From a virus, in UHGV virus genome UHGV-0101169: a DNA stretch of 58,642 bases; one strand, written 5' to 3'. Each line of letters starts with the position of its first letter. Positions within the stretch are counted from its first letter, which is position 1. Below the pieces are notes generated by a model. The model searched no databases and was not told where the DNA came from. It saw only the letters and a list, made by a program, of their open reading frames with translations. Below are positions 16,167-24,403 of the stretch, piece after piece. A program made the translations under genes and the position numbers.

Positions 16167-16514
16167 TCATTCAATCGTTGTAAATTGTTTCAATAAGCAG
16201 TCTTCGCAAAGTTCCCTATCTTCATATTCATAAAGACGATCCACCTCTGACTTGCACTTATCACAAATTAATGTTTTTTCATGCCGCTTCGGGCAGCTAT
16301 CTCCCAAACAAGGATATCCAGGAGTAGCGCACCCACAGCAATTATTTACTTCTCGAACCATTCTATCTCCTATAATCCGAATCCGGGCACAACTCAGTAT
16401 ATGCATATGGTGGCATATTGGCCGACCAGGTATTTGGTCTATCCCGAAGCGCAGCTGCATCACTAGCTGCTTGCACAGCTTTGAGACGTAATGCATTTGC
16501 TTTTCTCTGCGCAT
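16167..16514 (-). CDS. Cys-rich zinc-ribbon protein
   Basis: CCGCATPGYPC...CPKRH...CDKC...CEDC. Confidence 0.4.
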   Translation of the reverse strand: MRREKQMHYVSKLCKQLVMQLRFGIDQIPGRPICHHMHILSCARIRIIGDRMVREVNNCCGCATPGYPCLGDSCPKRHEKTLICDKCKSEVDRLYEYEDRELCEDCLLKQFTTIE

Positions 16515-16589
16515 CCGTGTTCTTTAATCTCATGTTTTTTATCCTCCGTTAATTTTCTCATCCTTTGAATAACATACTCAAACGCTGGT

Positions 16590-17192
16590 TTATTTCGCTT
16601 CCACATCTTTTCCCTCTTTCAATAACTCTTGGAATTTTTCATACTGCCTTTGGGATATCTTATTATTGGATTTATCAGGTCTAATAGCAATTGTGAGGTG
16701 TTTTTCTGCGATAGACGATAATTCCCTAGCCATAGCCTTTCTGCCTTGCTGTATGCCGTCCCTGTAGCCCCTAACAGGCTTAAATTCATTTATCTTTTCC
16801 TTGCCTTCACCCTGACCGCCAGCAGTCTTATTGTATCGGCACTGATACCCTTTTTTTGTGTATTCCAAAATCCAGTATTGTTCCCACTTATCCAATTCCG
16901 ATACCGGATAATGAATAAAGTTCAACTTCCACCCATATTGGTTATCTTTACTGTAAAACCCTCTCTTTTTAATAGAAAGATCTATATGCTGGTATCCCAC
17001 TAAATGTCCGCACATCCTTTGCAAAAGATGTTTCGCCTGGCCAATATAAAAATAAGATATACCATTTTCATCCTTGCGTGTCAGAAAGTAAATTCCACTC
17101 TCATTATCAAGATTGGAATTTATTTCTAGCAGTTTTTTTGAGTTTGCCTTCTCGATTGCCTTTGCTTTCGCAATGTTCCTGTAGTTTTGCAT
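16590..17192 (-). CDS. GIY-YIG homing endonuclease-like protein
   Basis: GIYFLTRKDENGISYFYIGQAKHLLQRMCGHL is a GIY...YIG...R...H motif. Confidence 0.65.
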   Translation of the reverse strand: MQNYRNIAKAKAIEKANSKKLLEINSNLDNESGIYFLTRKDENGISYFYIGQAKHLLQRMCGHLVGYQHIDLSIKKRGFYSKDNQYGWKLNFIHYPVSELDKWEQYWILEYTKKGYQCRYNKTAGGQGEGKEKINEFKPVRGYRDGIQQGRKAMARELSSIAEKHLTIAIRPDKSNNKISQRQYEKFQELLKEGKDVEAK

Positions 17193-17234
17193 TGCCTAGT
17201 CTTTAATCCTTTTCATCATATTTTCTGGTAACAT

Positions 17235-18068
17235 CTATAGGAAATCTGTAATATCCATTTGACCGTCCTGTTCAAACACCAGCATTTCATTTTTTGCTCT
17301 AGTATAGAAATTTCGGTCTATTTCAAACCCATAAGCATTTCTGCCAAGTTCTACGGCAGCTCTCAATGTTGATCCCGATCCACAGCACGGATCAATAACC
17401 AAATCTCCTGGATCAGTAAATATTTCAATTAATCGTTTTAATACCGTTACCGGTTTCTGCGCTGGATGAATTTTAGGGATATCTTTCCCGTCCTTCTCCC
17501 AGCTGAACCAGTTGAACACCATCTTCCCAGTTCCACGGATGGTCTTTCCGTTCTCGTCTCTTTGTGCGCCGTTACGAAACTTTGGGAGCCTGTCACGATA
17601 GAACACTAGGGCGTACTCCGTAGCACCTACAACACGCATATTCGCTTTAAGAACTTGTGGACTGTAATTCTTCACGAATACCAACGGTATGTAGTGGGCA
17701 AATCCATGCTTGGAAGCCGCAGTAATCAGTGTCTGCAGCTGCTCGAAAGCGCAAAATACAATCATGCATGGGCTGTCACTGCTTCGCCCTCTGACAGACT
17801 TTTTGGTATCCTCTTTCCGTAGCATCCGACTACAAAAATGGAAATACTCATACAGGTTAAAGTTAAAATCAGAATTGAACGCAGCCTTTCCAGCTAATTT
17901 GCTCTCTCCATTAGAATTATCTCCACCGTTGTACCACATGGGATTACTGCCATAAAAGTTATTACCTACGTTATATGGCACATCTGCAATTACAAGCTGT
18001 GCTCTGGGTATTCCGTATTTTTTATAATTCTGCATTGAATCACGGTAAATCTCACATTTTGCTTTCAT
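17235..18068 (-). CDS. DNA methyltransferase (N6-adenine/N4-cytosine, beta class)
   Basis: DPPY-like motif IADVPYNVG precedes the AdoMet motif IDPCCGSGST. Confidence 0.8.
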   Translation of the reverse strand: MKAKCEIYRDSMQNYKKYGIPRAQLVIADVPYNVGNNFYGSNPMWYNGGDNSNGESKLAGKAAFNSDFNFNLYEYFHFCSRMLRKEDTKKSVRGRSSDSPCMIVFCAFEQLQTLITAASKHGFAHYIPLVFVKNYSPQVLKANMRVVGATEYALVFYRDRLPKFRNGAQRDENGKTIRGTGKMVFNWFSWEKDGKDIPKIHPAQKPVTVLKRLIEIFTDPGDLVIDPCCGSGSTLRAAVELGRNAYGFEIDRNFYTRAKNEMLVFEQDGQMDITDFL

Positions 18069-18137
18069 TTTTTGTTTGGAGTAAAAACGTTTTTTGTACC
18101 GGCCGGTAAACCTCTTACTCCTTTCGATTATTCTAAG

Positions 18138-18302
18138 TTATTCTTTTTGGTATTTATCACACGAGCCAATTTCGCAATTTCTGCTCCTATGGGTTATAAT
18201 TATATAATTGCAGCTGACTTCTTTATTGGTATTATGTGTACGGTATTTACAAGTCCGACAAATTTTACGACCTGTTTTAATCATCTGTTTTTCACTTGGC
18301 AT
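18138..18302 (-). CDS. small Cys-rich protein (54 aa)
   Basis: Not in the track. Sequence MPSEKQMIKTGRKICRTCKYRTHNTNKEVSCNYIIITHRSRNCEIGSCDKYQKE. SD GGAAGTGA. Confidence 0.3.
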   Translation of the reverse strand: MPSEKQMIKTGRKICRTCKYRTHNTNKEVSCNYIIITHRSRNCEIGSCDKYQKE

Positions 18303-18312
18303 ATGTCACTTC

Positions 18313-18759
18313 CTAATTAAATGGTAATGAATCATCATCCAAATTCTCCGGGATATTCATAAATCCGTCTGAATCAGCCGAACCATACGGAGAAGCACCA
18401 GGATCAGCCTGCGAAGGTGTACTGTTATTCTGCTGTTTACTTTCACCAAACTCAATCTCTTCCACCACAACATCTGTGGTATGTACAGTATTCCCCTCTT
18501 TGTTCTTGTAACTTCCAGTCTGAATGCGTCCAAAGACAACGGCTTTCATCCCTTTTCGGAAATATTTTTCGATAAACTCCGCAGTATTTCTAAACGCAGT
18601 ACAGTTAATAAAGTCAGCGGTCTGCTGGTCTTTATCTTTTTTTGCAAATCTTCTGTCAACAGCAAGTGAAAACTTCGCCACTGCCATTGACTGAGCGCCC
18701 TGTGTATATCTCACTTCTGGATCATGTGTAAAACGTCCTGTTAAAATTACTTTATTGAT
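18313..18759 (-). CDS. ssb: single-stranded DNA-binding protein with apparent non-ATG (ATC) start
   Basis: OB-fold consensus (I)NKVILTGRFTHDPEVRYTQ...FSLAV...C-terminal DDDSLPF. The track ORF starts at an internal Met. Upstream in-frame sequence restores the SSB N-terminus, with SD AAAGGAGG 8 nt before ATC. Confidence 0.7.
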   Translation of the reverse strand: MNKVILTGRFTHDPEVRYTQGAQSMAVAKFSLAVDRRFAKKDKDQQTADFINCTAFRNTAEFIEKYFRKGMKAVVFGRIQTGSYKNKEGNTVHTTDVVVEEIEFGESKQQNNSTPSQADPGASPYGSADSDGFMNIPENLDDDSLPFN

Positions 18760-19286
18760 AAGTCATTCCTCCTTTTATTGCGACATCTTTCTAACATATG
18801 ATGTCTAGCATGTTCCGAAAAAGTCATAAGTTTCAAGTTTTCTTTTCTATTATCATTGCGAACTCCATTTATATGATGTACTACCTCATCATCTTTCAGA
18901 TGCCTACCAATAATACATTCCATTACTAAATCATGTTCCATAACATACCCGTTTTTGCTTGCCTTCGGATAATCCGGAAAATAAATACTTACATATCCAT
19001 CTGACCTAATCTTTTTATGCCCTATTCCACCAATCTTTTTGCTTTCAGACATTTTCCTTCTGGATTCTTCCGAAACAGTCTTATTAGTATGTGCTTTACT
19101 TATTCGTTCTCTTGCAGATTGAGGATATTCCCAACCTTGCTGTTTTAAGTTTTTAAATACTTCTTTTGCTGTTCTTGATTTAATATCATATTTTTTCATG
19201 TAGTTATACACTGTTCCAACACCAATATGTAACTCTTTTGCAATCTCATGCATGGGTTTCTTATGAACTATATATAGTTCATACAA
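18747..19286 (-). CDS. HNH homing endonuclease with N-terminal HTH
   Basis: EVVHHINGVRNDNRKENLKLMTFSEHARHH. Confidence 0.75.
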   Translation of the reverse strand: MYELYIVHKKPMHEIAKELHIGVGTVYNYMKKYDIKSRTAKEVFKNLKQQGWEYPQSARERISKAHTNKTVSEESRRKMSESKKIGGIGHKKIRSDGYVSIYFPDYPKASKNGYVMEHDLVMECIIGRHLKDDEVVHHINGVRNDNRKENLKLMTFSEHARHHMLERCRNKRRNDLSIK

Positions 19287-19326
19287 AGCTTCCTTAGATA
19301 AATTCGTATTAGCCCCCCTCCCTTTG

Positions 19327-20049
19327 TCAAAACGGGCATTCGCCCGGATTTTTTAATTCCCAGCATTTACCTGGTTCTGCAACATCTACATTTACTCTGG
19401 GAACCACTGCTTTCATCTTCTCGAGAAATTTAGCAGCATCTGCATTTTCGTTTGATAAATGGCACATAATCACATTTTGTAACTGATCTGATGCATTAGC
19501 TTTCACAAAATCACAAGCTGTATCAATGCTCATGTGTCCACGGACAACATGGTTCGTTTTTGCACCGTCACCAGGCAACAATTGCGGATCGTAATTGACA
19601 CCAAGCAGAATGTGATTTACATTCTTGAACCGCCACTTAATCAATTCTGTGTCAGTTACATAAATCATTGTTCCCATCTCCGGGTGCTGAATCCAAAAGC
19701 CGTAACACTGGCATTCAGAGCCATCACCGTTCGTGTGCATCCATTTGTCAGTTAAGTCAGTTAAGTCAAATGCCCTCACTTTCCACGGAGCTTTGAATTT
19801 CACGTCACTATCATTCCTGTATGGTGCAAATATTTGTACCCCAATACTTTCTAGGACACTTATTGCTTTATTGTGATCTTTATGTTCGTGGGTGACTATA
19901 CATCCAAAAACATGTCTTAAATCCCAATTCAAGCCTTTTTTAATTTCTGCTATTCGCAAACCAGCATCTAATATAAGTGTTTCTTCAGTATTTGTTGTTA
20001 AAAGATAACAATTCCCAGAAGATCCAGTCCCAATAACTTTCAACCTCAT
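19327..20049 (-). CDS. metallo-beta-lactamase-fold hydrolase (possible nuclease)
   Basis: HEHKDH (HxHxDH) motif and MBL fold pattern. Confidence 0.7.
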   Translation of the reverse strand: MRLKVIGTGSSGNCYLLTTNTEETLILDAGLRIAEIKKGLNWDLRHVFGCIVTHEHKDHNKAISVLESIGVQIFAPYRNDSDVKFKAPWKVRAFDLTDLTDKWMHTNGDGSECQCYGFWIQHPEMGTMIYVTDTELIKWRFKNVNHILLGVNYDPQLLPGDGAKTNHVVRGHMSIDTACDFVKANASDQLQNVIMCHLSNENADAAKFLEKMKAVVPRVNVDVAEPGKCWELKNPGECPF

Positions 20050-20050
20050 A

Positions 20051-20191
20051 CTACGCGGCTTTACCGGTATTCTTCCGGTCTTTTCTTTCCAGGTACAGCT
20101 TTACCAGTGTGTAGATCTGACGAAGAAATAGGCTGTCTTCTATGTGGATTATATTCTGGATGATGTACTGCTTTACATGTTTGTTATTCAT
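20051..20191 (-). CDS. small hypothetical protein (46 aa)
   Basis: Not in the track. Strong SD AAAGGAGG. Stop overlaps the downstream start. Confidence 0.35.
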   Translation of the reverse strand: MNNKHVKQYIIQNIIHIEDSLFLRQIYTLVKLYLERKDRKNTGKAA

Positions 20192-20220
20192 AGGCTACCT
20201 CCTTTAAATTTCAGTTTTGC

Positions 20221-20625
20221 TTACCATTCATGCTGCTCTGCCTTAATTTCAAACTTCAATTCGTCTTCTTTAATATCAAGAGCTTTTTTCATATTGCATC
20301 TACTGGTTCCCCCTACATATGGGACAAATAAACTTCTAATTATTTCGCTTGTGTACAATTGGATATAAGGTGTTTCCCCGTCAATCTTCGTATCAACTTC
20401 CAGATAGTCCAAAATCTCATTGACCTGCTGCACCACATCTTCAATGAGATTTAATGCGCCCTTATAGATATCAACGTAGCCATTAATCCTGATAGAATGC
20501 TGTCCTTCATCAATAATCCAGGCACCACAATCTGGGCATTTTCCATCAATAGGTTGTAATGCTTCGTACACCGTTTTGATCTTTGCATTTTCCTTGATTT
20601 CGCAATATGGGCAATGTAAACTCAT
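20221..20625 (-). CDS. hypothetical zinc-ribbon protein
   Basis: CPYC...CPDCG. Confidence 0.5.
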   Translation of the reverse strand: MSLHCPYCEIKENAKIKTVYEALQPIDGKCPDCGAWIIDEGQHSIRINGYVDIYKGALNLIEDVVQQVNEILDYLEVDTKIDGETPYIQLYTSEIIRSLFVPYVGGTSRCNMKKALDIKEDELKFEIKAEQHEW

Positions 20626-20717
20626 GCTTTAATCCTCCAAATTTAAATTTTCATCTTCTAGGGATTTATTATATGGTGTCATTTAACGCCTTCTGCACTC
20701 ATGAAATTTCTCATTTA

Positions 20718-20972
20718 TTAACCTGCATCAAAAATCACTTCTGGTACAGGCAATTGGTTATCTAATTTTTTCCAAAGTCCTCCTGTTTTCTTATATTCTC
20801 TATCAATATCAAAAGTTGGTCTAAAATCGCCATCACCATCAGAATAAAATGCAACTACAGATGAGTGACCTAATTTTCCGCAACTTTCCATCCAATGTAA
20901 CATTGAACAAAACTCATTAACCCATCTTTCATTCATTGTTACTTTAATATTAAACTCAACTGTTCTATCCAT
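20718..20972 (-). CDS. hypothetical protein (84 aa)
   Basis: ORF only. Confidence 0.45.
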   Translation of the reverse strand: MDRTVEFNIKVTMNERWVNEFCSMLHWMESCGKLGHSSVVAFYSDGDGDFRPTFDIDREYKKTGGLWKKLDNQLPVPEVIFDAG

Positions 20973-21276
20973 TAACCTTTCTCCTAATCTTAACTTTCAG
21001 TTCTTCTATGGCTTTTTTATATTTCTGTACTATCTTATTGAAAAACTCAGCCATTGTTACAAGAGCTTTCTTCTTTGCTTCATTCATATCTTCCGTTTTC
21101 AAAGGTACGTTGCTAATATTCAATTCATAGCATGATAACAGCCATTCATTGCCATAATCTATATGTTTATGAACCCTAAACTTAATTCCATTAGCCTCAT
21201 TTTCTAATACACGTATTTCTCTTTTTACGTCATTTCGACTATACGTAGTAATATCTTTATACATCTTTCCCTCCAC
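20965..21276 (-). CDS. hypothetical protein (103 aa)
   Basis: ORF only. Confidence 0.45.
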   Translation of the reverse strand: MEGKMYKDITTYSRNDVKREIRVLENEANGIKFRVHKHIDYGNEWLLSCYELNISNVPLKTEDMNEAKKKALVTMAEFFNKIVQKYKKAIEELKVKIRRKVNG

Positions 21277-21319
21277 TAAATCCTAAATTAGGATATCTCA
21301 TCATCTTTCCTTCCTGCAT

Positions 21320-21514
21320 CTAATGACTTATAACTTCTGTACAAATATCGAACAGACCACACCCTCTATTTTCAATAATGCCATCGACACCATTTTTATT
21401 AAGTTCTTCTTGCCGTTTTAAAGCTTTTCTTTCAGATGTCCATACACTGTCGATAACATAATAACTATCATCGGCAAATCCACAAGCCATAACGATGTAT
21501 ACTACATTCTGCAT
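21320..21514 (-). CDS. hypothetical protein (65 aa, MQNVVYIV start)
   Basis: SD GAGGAAGTGA. Confidence 0.4.
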   Translation of the reverse strand: MQNVVYIVMACGFADDSYYVIDSVWTSERKALKRQEELNKNGVDGIIENRGCGLFDICTEVISH

Positions 21515-21657
21515 TTTTTCACTTCCTCTACATAATCTGGACACTCTACCGCATACTCGTAAGCATCTATATAGTCACACTGAAACCCGCAAGTATCATT
21601 TGAAGGGCACTCTAGGCAACAGTACTGTGATCCGAATGTACATTCCCTTTTACACAT
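21502..21657 (-). CDS. small Cys-rich protein (51 aa)
   Basis: Not in the track. Sequence MCKRECTFGSQYCCLECPSNDTCGFQCDYIDAYEYAVECPDYVEEVKKCRM. SD GAGGAA. Confidence 0.35.
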   Translation of the reverse strand: MCKRECTFGSQYCCLECPSNDTCGFQCDYIDAYEYAVECPDYVEEVKKCRM

Positions 21658-21665
21658 ACTGTTCC

Positions 21666-22409
21666 TCACTTCATAAAATCCGGCATTGCCTGCTGGCCGT
21701 CTGGTTCGGTTACTGTTTCCGGTTCTTCTGGTTCAAAATCAACCATATTGGCATTGGCTGCAATTTCTTTTTGAGCCTGCATCTGCATTTCTTCCACTGG
21801 ATATTCCTTAAAGTCGTTGTCCTGCATTTCCTCTTTTGTATACAGTCCCATAGTCAGTTCTGGGCAATTAAGGCTAGAAAAGAAAGATGCAGCTCTGTAA
21901 CGAAGCATCAGCTGTGGCATGGTTTTCCATTTACTCCCATTTTTAGAAAGCCAGCCTTCATCTTTTGCCATATCCATATCAACAGTCATACCTTCAACTC
22001 GTCTGCCGTTCTTCATTGTCCATGCCATGCAAGAAAATGGCTTTCCGTCCTTGCCCTTCGTTTCCTCAAACTGCAATTCCATGTCAAATTTTCCAGAATT
22101 GTTAATAGCTGCAATCAAGAATTTAGAACTCCATGACGGTCTTCCCTGGATAACATAAAGATTCTGCATAACCATAAGCGGACTAACCTTAAGCCGATTG
22201 GCCTGCTCTATTGCAATTAAACAGTTTGCATCATTTCTCTGAAATGTAGCCGGAACAATTGTAGAACTCGAAAGCGCTTTAGCCATTTGCATAGCCATAA
22301 TGAAGTTATCTGACGTTCCAAAAATTCCAAGGCTGTAGTCTGTCACCTTGTTTCTTGCCTGAACTGCCTCTTTCTTTTCCTCTGATACTGCCATCTGTGT
22401 ATCTGTCAT
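21666..22409 (-). CDS. recT: RecT-family single-strand annealing protein
   Basis: KWKTMPQLMLRYRAASFFSSLNCPE region, size and context beside SSB and nuclease genes. Confidence 0.5.
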   Translation of the reverse strand: MTDTQMAVSEEKKEAVQARNKVTDYSLGIFGTSDNFIMAMQMAKALSSSTIVPATFQRNDANCLIAIEQANRLKVSPLMVMQNLYVIQGRPSWSSKFLIAAINNSGKFDMELQFEETKGKDGKPFSCMAWTMKNGRRVEGMTVDMDMAKDEGWLSKNGSKWKTMPQLMLRYRAASFFSSLNCPELTMGLYTKEEMQDNDFKEYPVEEMQMQAQKEIAANANMVDFEPEEPETVTEPDGQQAMPDFMK

Positions 22410-22459
22410 CTATTTTTCCTCCAATAATTCTTTTACATATAAATCCATCGAATATAACA

Positions 22460-22930
22460 TTAGCATTTTCTTGAATATCTTTTATCAATAGGCGTACTCA
22501 ATGCCTTATCAATGCTCCATCCCATATGTAATCTCTTTGCTAACGAATCTCTGGAAATCCCTATAATTCTAGCCCATTCAGATATGCTTTTTTTCTTTCC
22601 GTTATACTCAATAAATTTCGCATGTCTGCTATTATTGTTTTGAACCAAACTAGTTACCCATCTACAATTTTCTGGACAATAGTTTCCATTATTATCAATT
22701 CTGTCAATAGTTAATTCTTCCGAATATCCGTTTTTCAATGCCCAATCTAAAAAATTTACAAATCCATTTTCTCCTAGCCATTGATCGCACATTCCAATTC
22801 CTCTTCCACCATAATTTTCATATTCTTTCGCATACGTTTTATAACATCTACTTTTAATATTGTTGTATATACGATATAACCTTGAGTCAGAAAATCCGTG
22901 TTTTTTATTAAATCTATTTCCCGTACCTAA
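22460..22930 (-). pseudogene. HNH/AP2-like endonuclease paralog 2, N-terminally decayed
   Basis: Frame is open upstream of the track Met, encoding ...RLYRIYNNIKSRCYKTYAKEYENYGGRGIGMCDQW homologous to paralogs 1 and 3. No ATG/GTG/TTG lies in that extension. Confidence 0.5.
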
Positions 22931-23004
22931 TCACCTCCTGCAAGGTATGTTCCGCTAATTCTTTTGCCTTAAGAATTACCTTTAAGTCGGTTTCTGCCAT
23001 TTAC

Positions 23005-23613
23005 TTATTCCTCTGATTCAAAGATTGAAGAAGAAAAGATGCAAAATGGACGAATACCGATGCCGTTACGGTAGAAGTCGTAGTAGATACAGCCAGCAGA
23101 AGAAACAACGGAAACTGCACCAGAACAACCATTGCATGGTGTACTCCATGGGCTAATTAACCACCACCATTTATTCGCGTTAGGAATATACTTCCTATAT
23201 TTTCTGTACTCATCCACTGTCAGAAGCGACACTTTATCAGTGCATGATCCGTATTCTGTCTGACCGTCAAGAGAAAGAAGGTTTCTTTCAAAACCTAATA
23301 CATTTCCTTCCCCTATTTCTTCTTCCAACTTTTCTAAAAACTCTTTGTTCAGATAGCTTCTCAGCTTACTTGTGGTCCAATTGTTATCATCAGAGTCAAA
23401 CTTTTTATTCCCAATAGATTCTGCTAGGCACATATATCCCGTATCTGTAATATCCATAATTTTCCATGTTGTTCCGGCAAGCTGAAATTCATCTCCGATT
23501 GAAAGTCCGATCGGTAACTTATTCATATTTTTAGAATTATTACCTTTTAATGCATTTATTTCTTTCTTCAACACATCGATCTGATCCTGAAGCGCTTTCA
23601 TTGTTAATGCCAT
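23005..23613 (-). CDS. DUF6273-like protein (WWW...PWST...GIRPFCI C-terminal domain), paralog A
   Basis: N-terminal coiled coil. C-terminus NKWWWLISPWSTP...VSVVSSAG...GIGIRPFCIF. Confidence 0.45.
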   Translation of the reverse strand: MALTMKALQDQIDVLKKEINALKGNNSKNMNKLPIGLSIGDEFQLAGTTWKIMDITDTGYMCLAESIGNKKFDSDDNNWTTSKLRSYLNKEFLEKLEEEIGEGNVLGFERNLLSLDGQTEYGSCTDKVSLLTVDEYRKYRKYIPNANKWWWLISPWSTPCNGCSGAVSVVSSAGCIYYDFYRNGIGIRPFCIFSSSIFESEE

Positions 23614-23615
23614 GA

Positions 23616-24221
23616 CTATTCTCCCTTCGATACAAAGATATGAGATTTCAAGATACAGAATGGACGAACACCGCTGCAGTTATTGCAGATGCCGTTGCAG
23701 AAATAGCCAGAAGAAGAAACAACGGCAATTGAGTAGTCACAACCACGCTCTCTGGTGCTCCATGGGGTGCATGTCCACCACCAGTCATTCAGATTCTTAT
23801 TGACAAGAAAGCCGTTAAATTCCCTTGCCTCATCAAAGGTAATGGGTCTTACCTTGCACATGCAATTTTCAAATTCATGTTGCATATCTATTGATGTCAA
23901 GTTTGCAGTATGCTCAATCAGATTTTCTGCGCCCACAGCCTTTTCAATAATGGGCTGGATATCAGCTTCAATCATCTTCTTTATGTTAGATTTGTTGTAA
24001 TCTTTTGTATTTCTGTCAAACATAACATTTTCTGCCATAAAGCCTTTTGAAATAACTTTTGTTGTCTGACTAGAATCATCTTGACACAGCACGATAAAAT
24101 CATACTTATCGATCTTAAATGTTTCCCCTGGCTTTAGTTCTGACAGCCTTACTTTGTTCTTTTTCTCTGCTTCTTCCAGCTGTTTAACCAGCTCTCTCGC
24201 CATATCTAATGCTTTGCTCAT
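23616..24221 (-). CDS. DUF6273-like protein, paralog B
   Basis: C-terminus NDWWWTCTPWSTR...IAVVSSSG...GVRPFCIL. Adjacent to paralog A. Confidence 0.45.
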   Translation of the reverse strand: MSKALDMARELVKQLEEAEKKNKVRLSELKPGETFKIDKYDFIVLCQDDSSQTTKVISKGFMAENVMFDRNTKDYNKSNIKKMIEADIQPIIEKAVGAENLIEHTANLTSIDMQHEFENCMCKVRPITFDEAREFNGFLVNKNLNDWWWTCTPWSTRERGCDYSIAVVSSSGYFCNGICNNCSGVRPFCILKSHIFVSKGE

Positions 24222-24239
24222 TTTCGTTCTCCTCCTTCA

Positions 24240-24401
24240 CTAAATCGCATTGAATGTCTGGATTGCAAACAGCTCATTTACGGTCTTTTTAAATACTTCA
24301 CCGTCAACCTTCACGCTGTACATAAATCCGTCATTTTCAAGGGTTACTCTGCACTGCCTTTTCCCTGTCCAAATTTTCTTTTCTTTTTCGATAACCAGCA
24401 T
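24240..24401 (-). CDS. small hypothetical protein (53 aa)
   Basis: Not in the track. SD GGAGGGATAAAAATG. Confidence 0.4.
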   Translation of the reverse strand: MLVIEKEKKIWTGKRQCRVTLENDGFMYSVKVDGEVFKKTVNELFAIQTFNAI

Positions 24402-24403
24402 TT

